Part shown: positions 18,494 through 25,593 of the stretch, in pieces
Layout: each line of letters starts with the position of its first letter
How positions within the stretch are numbered: the stretch's first letter is position 1
The notes under the pieces: generated by a model
Seen by the model: only the letters and a program-made list of their open reading frames with translations
Database searches by the model: none
Told to the model about the DNA's origin: nothing
Translations under genes and position numbers: made by a program
Assembly: GCA_031278315.1 (NCBI GenBank)
Contig: JAITKS010000177.1
Coordinates: 1 to 49,055 of the forward strand
Origin: Planctomycetaceae bacterium
GTDB lineage: Bacteria; Planctomycetota; Planctomycetia; Pirellulales; Thermoguttaceae
Reading direction: 5' to 3'
Length of the DNA stretch: 49,055 bases

Positions 18494-18798
18494 TTTAGTG
18501 GTCAGTGGTCAGTGGTCAGTGGTTAGTTCGCATGCGGAAATTAGCATCGATTCTAAATTCGAATCACTGAAGTCATAACCTTTAATCATTAACATTAACC
18601 TGTATAAGTTCAAATCACAAACCGCTATTAATCCGATCGCCCTTTCAGACCTGATTTGAAATTCAGACCTGATTTGAAATCGTAACATATCAAATAAATT
18701 TAAAACTTTTGAGAAATCCCGCCGACATATTATCAAATCTGTAATCAATGATAACTCCTCATGCGAACTAACCACTAACCACTAAACACTAAACACTA
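18475..18798. mobile_element. Composite inverted-repeat element with heptamer-repeat arms
   Basis: Left arm (GTGGTCA/GTGGTTA)n-GTTCGCATGCGG (18475-18537) and right arm CCTCATGCGAAC-(TAACCAC/TAAACAC)n (18757-18798) are inverted copies. The interior shares modules with 19866-20145 and 37751-38020 and contains a CAGACCTGATTTGAAAT direct repeat. Confidence 0.62.
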
Positions 18799-18800
18799 TT

Positions 18801-19730
18801 ATGAAAGATTTTTATCAAAACAATTGGAATGAATCTGTTGAACAAGATTTAACTCGACTATTGACAATGGCAATCGACGAAGATATTTCACCCGTCGGTG
18901 ACATAACAAGTCAAGCGTTAATACCTTCAGAAGCAATAGGAAGTGCGTCGGTTGTGATTCGCGAAGATGCCGTTATTTCAGGTATCAAAGCTATTCCGAC
19001 AATAATTAATGCGTTCAACAATAACTTAAAATGGGAATTTACAAAAGAAAAATTAAACGATGGTCAGTTTGTCCCAAGCGGAACTAATCTCGGTCGTGTT
19101 GTTGGTTCAGTACAAAAAATATTGATGATGGAACGGCTTTTGTTAAATCTCGTTGGTAAATTGACAGGAATTTCAACCTTGACAAAAAAATATGTTGATA
19201 TAATTTCAGGAACGTCCGCAAAAATTTATGATACTCGAAAAACAACATTAGGATGGCGGCGGCTAGAAAAATATGCAGTACGATGCGGAGGAGGATATAA
19301 TCACCGAATGGGATTATATGACGCAATATTGATCAAAGATAATCATCTCGCCTTTGGTGCCGAAAATTCATTTTATGATCCGGCAGAGGCAATTGTCAAA
19401 GCGAAAGATTACATAAAATTAAAATTCGGTAAAGAAACAGCTGATTCTATAATTATCGAAATAGAAGTTGATAATTTAGATCAACTCGCACAAGTATTAA
19501 CCGCTGAACCAGACATAGTTTTACTCGACAATATGCCGCCGGATATTTTGCGTCAAGCTGTACAAATAAGAAATTCCGCCGCTGTAAATGTACAACTAGA
19601 AGCATCAGGCGGAGTAAAACTAACAACCGTAAAAGCAATTGCAGAATCCGGTGTCGAAAGAATAAGTGCCGGAGCATTAACTCACTCCGCAACTTCAATA
19701 GACATCGGACTAGATTGGATAAATTTATAA
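18801..19730 (+). CDS. nadC: Nicotinate-nucleotide diphosphorylase (carboxylating)
   Basis: DTRKTTLGWRRLEKYAVRCGGGYNHRMGLYDAILIKDNH block typical of NadC; 309 aa. Confidence 0.9.
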   Translation: MKDFYQNNWNESVEQDLTRLLTMAIDEDISPVGDITSQALIPSEAIGSASVVIREDAVISGIKAIPTIINAFNNNLKWEFTKEKLNDGQFVPSGTNLGRVVGSVQKILMMERLLLNLVGKLTGISTLTKKYVDIISGTSAKIYDTRKTTLGWRRLEKYAVRCGGGYNHRMGLYDAILIKDNHLAFGAENSFYDPAEAIVKAKDYIKLKFGKETADSIIIEIEVDNLDQLAQVLTAEPDIVLLDNMPPDILRQAVQIRNSAAVNVQLEASGGVKLTTVKAIAESGVERISAGALTHSATSIDIGLDWINL

Positions 19731-19865
19731 ATGTTCAATAAAATTTTTTAGCGAAATTCTAAAAACTTCGTCCTCCTAACTCAACCCTGTTCTTGAAAAA
19801 AATATTCTTGAAAAAAATATAGGCTGAGAGTATTGAGATTTTGAGTAAATAAAATTGCATTTTTA

Positions 19866-20145
19866 GAAATATATCAGTGGAATATTTTTTTCGACAGGAT
19901 AAACAGAATTACAGGATTACAGGATTTACAGGATAATAGTTTAGTTCGTATGCGAAAATTATCACGGATTCTAAGTTCAAATCACTAACAACTAATCGGC
20001 GGTTTCAAGTTTTGATTCTTTTAATTTTATTATTTAAAAATCCTGTCAATCCTGTAATCATGCAATCCTGTCAAAAAACAAAACTAGAGAAGCGGTCGAG
20101 ACGTCTGCGTTCACGAAAAAAATAAATTATTCTACTGATACCATT
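19866..20145 (-). mobile_element. MITE-like element, family A, ~280-bp modular subtype
   Basis: Left end GAAATATATCAGTGGAAT (19866-19883) and degenerate right end ATTCTACTGATACCA (20128-20142). The interior aligns by eye over most of its length with the reverse complement of 37751-38020. Confidence 0.7.
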
Positions 20146-20159
20146 TTTAGAAATTGCTT

Positions 20160-21230
20160 TTATTTTATTTCTCTTAATTTTTTTGCGGCTGTTTCGGGCG
20201 GAATTGGATTTATGTGTAAACCTGTTCCCCATTCGAAACCTGCCGCTCTCGCTAAACTTGGTAAAATCGATAGCCGCCAATGAAATATATTTTTACCAAA
20301 TTCATGTTCAAAAGGTTCAATGTGAAACACAAAGTTATAAGCGAGTTTGTTCTTTATCCAATATACGGCTTTTTCTAACCGATATACCGTTCTACGAACT
20401 AAATCAGAAAATTCATTCAACTTGATTTCGTCGGCAAAGGACTCCAATAAAGATTCATGAAATTTGGGATATATCTCTACCTCCGATGCAAAACGGCTCG
20501 CAAATGGACATATTACAAGAAACGATTCTGTCTCTTCGACTACTCTTGACTCGAATTGTATTTCATTTGTCAATAAATCACACCAGAAACAATTGCCCTT
20601 GCTGATACGGTATTTTGCGGCATGTTCCAAAATATTCAAAACGGTTAAAGGCACAAACGGAATTGCAATCAGCTGACTATGAGAATGAGGTATCGACGCT
20701 CCAGCTGCAAGACCAACATTCTTGAATATCTGAACATAAGCCCATTTTCTACTCGACTGAAGACTCACAAGACGAATACGATACATACGAAACATATCGA
20801 TTGTCTCTTGTAATGTCATATCCGTAACACTGATTATATGTCTTGGCGTATCGACTAAAACTTCATGCTCGCCGAATGCCGGAATAGACTTCACAACAAA
20901 ATCAAACGGAGACAATTTTTCGTTAAATTCCAAGCTCTCTCGAAAGTCACGATATGTTGAAAAGCCGTTGTAATCGCAAGCCGCTGGATATTTGTTAGGA
21001 ATAACTCGAACTCGCCAACCTGTTCCATCGGCAAATGTACCTGAATTGCGAATTGAATCTATTTCACCGGGCGTAAGATGTTCATTGCCTTCACAAAAAG
21101 GACAATTTGTTATAGATGTTCCTATTGCAACTTCGCCGGTCTCTATATCAAAATGATGCGGACGAGAACCGCGTTCCGCTGAAACAATAACTACTTGACC
21201 AGTTAATGGATTTTGACGATATTCAGGCAC
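20160..21230 (-). CDS. galT: Galactose-1-phosphate uridylyltransferase-like (HIT superfamily, GalT branch)
   Basis: CPFCEGNE zinc motif near the N-terminus and HSHSQ (HxHxQ) active-site motif. GTG start at 21230. Confidence 0.78.
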   Translation of the reverse strand: MPEYRQNPLTGQVVIVSAERGSRPHHFDIETGEVAIGTSITNCPFCEGNEHLTPGEIDSIRNSGTFADGTGWRVRVIPNKYPAACDYNGFSTYRDFRESLEFNEKLSPFDFVVKSIPAFGEHEVLVDTPRHIISVTDMTLQETIDMFRMYRIRLVSLQSSRKWAYVQIFKNVGLAAGASIPHSHSQLIAIPFVPLTVLNILEHAAKYRISKGNCFWCDLLTNEIQFESRVVEETESFLVICPFASRFASEVEIYPKFHESLLESFADEIKLNEFSDLVRRTVYRLEKAVYWIKNKLAYNFVFHIEPFEHEFGKNIFHWRLSILPSLARAAGFEWGTGLHINPIPPETAAKKLREIK

Positions 21231-21236
21231 TGTTAA

Positions 21237-21393
21237 ATTATAAGCATCGTTATTATGAATTTCGGCTGCACAAAGAAATATTTAAATTCATATTTATATT
21301 AATATTCATATTGATATTCATATTCATTAAGAAGTTTGCTTTCTATTTGTAAGCAATCAACTCAAACCAAAAATTCAAATGAGTACAGTTTAA
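21237..21393 (-). repeat. Family-B box element copy
   Basis: Reverse strand reads CCGAAA-17 nt-TATAAT, then 6 nt, then the GTG start of galT. The far module CAACTCAAACCAAAAATTCAAATGAGTACAGTTTAAA lies at 21358-21393. There is an internal ATATTCATATT insert. Confidence 0.65.
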
Positions 21394-21616
21394 ATTTATT
21401 AGGATAAATTCCCAATAGGAAATGTAGGAATAATTATTAAACACGAACTTTATTTTTCGTAATATATCAGTGGAATTTTTTTCGTAACTGTCTATTTTGA
21501 CATTTTTGTTTTAATTTTTTTTAACACGAAACACACGAAATTACTGATAATCGTTTCATTGTTTAATTCCTAATTTGAAAAAAAGAACATCACTTTACAT
21601 GAGGATTTAAAAGTTT

Positions 21617-21859
21617 TGTAATATATCAGTGAAATATTTCATAAGATATTTCTAAATGATAAGTGTTCCAATTTCTTTGCCCATTATGGACAGCACTTTA
21701 TTAATCGTACATTTCAGCTTACGGTTATGAAACAACATGTCATTGTGATCACAACACAATATTGCTAACGAAATTTAAGTACATTACTATCGGAACATGA
21801 AAATTTTCATTACACAACACAATTCTGTTATCATTAAAAATTTCCACCGATATACTACA
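21617..21859. mobile_element. MITE-like element, family A (243 bp)
   Basis: TGTAATATATCAGTGAAAT (21617-21635) and TTTCCACCGATATACTACA (21841-21859) are inverted copies. No ORF. Lies 25 bp from the stop of the Rpn-like gene. Confidence 0.65.
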
Positions 21860-21884
21860 ATATCACCAATTATTAAAGACACAC

Positions 21885-23102
21885 TTAATTTAATGCTGTT
21901 GCAAATTCTCCAAGCGATACGCAAGTAGAGGCAAAATCCAAAAGCTCATCAAGTTTATCAATAGACCTTACGTTCATAATTCTATTTTTCAACTCCGCCG
22001 AAGGTTCACCAATACGACGCCTTAACACTCGAATTATCGCATTAGCTGCACCTCGAACTTCGCCTCGAGCTTCGCCTGTTGCTTCGCCTATTGCTATACC
22101 TCTTGCTTCACCTCTTGCTTCACCGATTGCTATACCTCTTGCTTCACCTCTTTCTTCACCTATTGCTATACCTCTTGCTTCACCTTGGATTGTTGCTTCG
22201 CTCCAATATGTTTCTGCTGCTGATGGGGACATAATTTTTACTCCTAAATTTTTGGTTAATGTTACTAATTTTTCATACGTTTCACGCGTGAAATATTTAG
22301 CACTGGTATAAAAATACCAAAGACTCATATCCCACACGTACTGTAATAATTTATGCTCACAAATTTTATCTTGGAGCTTCTCAAAAAGTTGTATCGCTTT
22401 TTCATTTACTTCTTCACTGCGGGTTATCTTCTGGACATAAAAGAACAAATTTACTATCAAATCATCAAGTGATTTAACAATATCGAATAATTTCCATAAT
22501 TCTTCTTCGGACATCGTATTCACGTCAAACAAAAGTGATGAAAAGTTGACAATGCATAGACGTAAAGGTGAATTTTCCGATAAATCGAATTGGGCTGCCG
22601 TATTAGTTGATGCGGTGAATTTGGTCTCGCCGCAATGGAAAATTATCGATACTACGCAAGGAAACAAAAAATTATCAGGTTCACCCGCCTCTGTCCATAA
22701 ATGATGCAAAAGCGTGTTGACATAACGATACAACTGATATACGGCACCAGGATCGTTATTAGACTTGAAATCAATCAAAAAGTAAACCCATCTTGTTTTG
22801 CAGCTCTTAAATGGTGCTCGATATAACATATCGAAAAAATTAGCACGCAATTGACTAGTAATAATTTTCGTATCGACTATCTCAAGACAATCAAGATCTA
22901 TTTCGTCTAATAGGTTCTTAGGCAATGAGCATATACTTTGCAAAAGAGAACGCACTAACACAAGTATCGAACAAATACATTTACAAAACGCATCGTGATT
23001 ATAAGTCTTCGGAAAGAGACGTAATAGTTCTTTTTTTGTTTTTACATTAAAAAGTAATGTCTCTTCGTTTGATGTTTTTTTAATTGAATCTTTTTTTGCC
23101 AT
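21885..23102 (-). CDS. Rpn/YhgA-like PD-(D/E)XK nuclease family putative transposase
   Basis: N-terminal HDAFCK motif. Nuclease core FFDMLY ... YFLIDFKS (D...DxK). C-terminal GEARG(IAIGE) tandem repeats followed by a helical tail, as commonly seen in Rpn/Transposase_31 proteins. Confidence 0.68.
   Translation of the reverse strand: MAKKDSIKKTSNEETLLFNVKTKKELLRLFPKTYNHDAFCKCICSILVLVRSLLQSICSLPKNLLDEIDLDCLEIVDTKIITSQLRANFFDMLYRAPFKSCKTRWVYFLIDFKSNNDPGAVYQLYRYVNTLLHHLWTEAGEPDNFLFPCVVSIIFHCGETKFTASTNTAAQFDLSENSPLRLCIVNFSSLLFDVNTMSEEELWKLFDIVKSLDDLIVNLFFYVQKITRSEEVNEKAIQLFEKLQDKICEHKLLQYVWDMSLWYFYTSAKYFTRETYEKLVTLTKNLGVKIMSPSAAETYWSEATIQGEARGIAIGEERGEARGIAIGEARGEARGIAIGEATGEARGEVRGAANAIIRVLRRRIGEPSAELKNRIMNVRSIDKLDELLDFASTCVSLGEFATALN
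22051..22185 (-). repeat. In-frame degenerate tandem repeat inside the Rpn-like CDS
   Basis: Repeated CCTCTTGCTTCACC / ATTGCTATACC units encode GEARGIAIGEERGEARGIAIGEARGEARGIAIGEATGEARGEVRG. Confidence 0.8.
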
Positions 23103-23287
23103 GTTAAATTTTCTCCTTTATTTTTAAGTTAATTTAATATTGCATCAAAATATACATTGTCTGGAAATTTTTTCAGATTATTCTTGACCAATTTCGTTGA
23201 CTTCGTCTTGTTTAATGCTGACTGTAATATTTCTGCAATTTTCCTATATCACATATTCGGCTGATATATGACATTTTACATTAGAGA

Positions 23288-25441
23288 TTATAACCATCGG
23301 AATATTATGTTTTTTTGTATGAATGCAATTACTTCATAGAATAAAACGTATCCCAGTGGTTTTTTACCGCAATCAATTCTTGCTATACATTGAGCTCCGG
23401 GTCTAATTGAATCTGGTAATATTTCTTGATTGTCTAACTCAACTTTTATAAGAACGATATTCAAACTACTTGCCGTTGATGCTGCACTGCCGGCATCACT
23501 TCTTACTTCTGCCCGGTCATGTATTCCGTTGTCCATCACGCAGCCGTAAAATTTTTTATTTGGTTCTGTTGCCATAACGAATTCTACTTTCAGTTTTGCG
23601 TTTGGATTCGATTCTCTCAACTGCCGCTGATGTTCCAGAATATACCCCATTCGTTTTTCAGACATCTCTAATTCTAATTGCCATTTACTGCTGTCGTCAG
23701 CTATTTCCATTAAATATTGCATTCTGCTTACAGGTCTTTTGTTACTCAATTTTCGTTTTACATCCCATGTTACAACTATTCCGCTAATCGGCGACTTAAT
23801 AACAAGATCAGATATTTGTTTCTTGTACAGTTCTTGTTGTTTTAGATTTGTTTCTAATTTAATATTTGTTGTTTCAATTTGACCGCGTATTTGTGTCAAT
23901 TCATAATTAGTTAATTTCTTATCAACGTTAAGTTCTTGTATTCGTAAAGATTCTAATTGTTTCATGATTTCGCGTTGTTCACCTAGTAATTTCATTCCTG
24001 TACTCTCTAGTTCTGAGCTGTAAAGTTCAATTAAAATAGTCCCTTCACCTTTATCCGTACCTACGACTCGTGAATTATGATCGACATATAATTGCTTGAC
24101 CTCCGCATCAATAGGAGCATAAATATTTCGACGGATACTTGGTTCGAGCGTACCGCCGCAATGCATTTGAAACTTCCACTGAACAAAAATTAATGAACAA
24201 ATAATTGACGCAATAATTAACGTTACAAAAATAGTTTTCGGTAACATTCTAGCGGTGATCAAAATTTTTGACTTGCCGATAAATCTCCAAACAGGCATAA
24301 GAAAAATCTCTTTTAACTGTAGTGCATTACCAATTGCAGAACTTGCGTGATCGGCAACTATTTCGATCCGTTTACGCATTCGCTCGTTTATTTTGCTGCT
24401 TTCAATTTGCTCTACTAACAGCACACCAAATGGATTCGGTGTTTTCTCGCGTTTCGCGGGGTCATTATCCCGCTCGTGATCCGCCGGTTTCTTTTTGACC
24501 AACGGAAAAATCGCAATTGATTTTGTATGAGATTCATCAACATATTTTTCAATTGCACGTTCAACCTGCGGTGCAAAATCAGTTGTATCGCCTGTGTACC
24601 AAACAGGCTCGCCCGCTTTGATTACAGTCGTCGCAAGTTTCGACATTAAACGAACTAATGTTGAACGTTTGTCCACAACATCTTGACCGCTTACTGCAAT
24701 CACGCGGCAACGTCCGCCTCGGCGCAATGCTATACTCACACGATCACATTCTATCAATCGGCGGCCTTCGTTGACTACAGTATATGCCGTCTCATTGACA
24801 TCAAGACTAAGATGAATAGACCGCGTGAAATCTTCAAGAAGTGTCCATAAATTCTGACGCTCGCCAAAATTTCGCAACTGACGATTCTTGTAATAATCAT
24901 CAGCAAGAAAACAAGTTTGGGATAGAAATTTTGTGAACCCGTTTTGAATTGCCGGATCAGAATCTGTTCGTTGTAGAATTTCGACAAGTCCGATTACTTC
25001 AAGCTCTGTACGGATTGGGCAGAAAACTAATAACCAATCTGTCGGATTACCTGATTCGTTATCGCCTTCAAATCCAGAATGAGGCGGAACGAGTGTTCCA
25101 GTATCTGAACTTTGTGTCATACGGTTAAGTAATTCCGAATGACGCCGGTTGGCATCTTTATCGCCTTGAATGCCTATACTATGAAAATTTATTTGATATG
25201 CAAGTGTAAGGGTACCTGAATCAAACATCCAAATAGCACCGCCGACTGCTCGCATCGCTGAAACTACACGATTCAAAAATTCAGAATGATATTCGGCGGG
25301 GGGGATATCGAGTTTAGATAATTGTGATATTTCAAAAAGTGTGTTACGTATTTGTGTCTTTATTTGATCTATAGACGCCATCGAAGAAACCGCCGATGAC
25401 GACGGTTGTTCGGAAGAATAATTTAAGTTTGCTGTACTCAT
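23288..25441 (-). CDS. GAF-GAF-TM-HlyD-type membrane fusion (periplasmic adaptor) protein
   Basis: Two GAF-like regions (aa ~30-180, ~200-375) and a single TM (aa ~401-421). These are followed by a biotinyl-lipoyl-like hairpin (IYAPIDAEVKQLYV), a coiled coil, SPISGIVVTWDV and a beta-barrel-like C-terminus (IRPGAQCIARI). Confidence 0.62.
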   Translation of the reverse strand: MSTANLNYSSEQPSSSAVSSMASIDQIKTQIRNTLFEISQLSKLDIPPAEYHSEFLNRVVSAMRAVGGAIWMFDSGTLTLAYQINFHSIGIQGDKDANRRHSELLNRMTQSSDTGTLVPPHSGFEGDNESGNPTDWLLVFCPIRTELEVIGLVEILQRTDSDPAIQNGFTKFLSQTCFLADDYYKNRQLRNFGERQNLWTLLEDFTRSIHLSLDVNETAYTVVNEGRRLIECDRVSIALRRGGRCRVIAVSGQDVVDKRSTLVRLMSKLATTVIKAGEPVWYTGDTTDFAPQVERAIEKYVDESHTKSIAIFPLVKKKPADHERDNDPAKREKTPNPFGVLLVEQIESSKINERMRKRIEIVADHASSAIGNALQLKEIFLMPVWRFIGKSKILITARMLPKTIFVTLIIASIICSLIFVQWKFQMHCGGTLEPSIRRNIYAPIDAEVKQLYVDHNSRVVGTDKGEGTILIELYSSELESTGMKLLGEQREIMKQLESLRIQELNVDKKLTNYELTQIRGQIETTNIKLETNLKQQELYKKQISDLVIKSPISGIVVTWDVKRKLSNKRPVSRMQYLMEIADDSSKWQLELEMSEKRMGYILEHQRQLRESNPNAKLKVEFVMATEPNKKFYGCVMDNGIHDRAEVRSDAGSAASTASSLNIVLIKVELDNQEILPDSIRPGAQCIARIDCGKKPLGYVLFYEVIAFIQKNIIFRWL

Positions 25442-25593
25442 TTTTTAATAAAGTATGATGATAATATTACATTGTAATTTGTTTGTAATATTTTAAAATT
25501 TCTTTGTTTTCAATATTCAGAATTATGAATTATGAATTTTAAATTAAAAATTTCACTGAATTATTAAAGATTATTTTAAGATTATTTTACTTT

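Noticed and set aside
18509-18775. 88-aa ORF on the minus strand between the yitJ-like gene and nadC
   Set aside because: It lies wholly inside the composite repeat 18475-18798, and its sequence is repeat-derived (duplicated QIRSE from the direct repeat). Similar repeat-derived ORFs at 20071-20280, 36295-36498, 37681-37893, 39137-39325 and 42359-42547 are rejected for the same reason.
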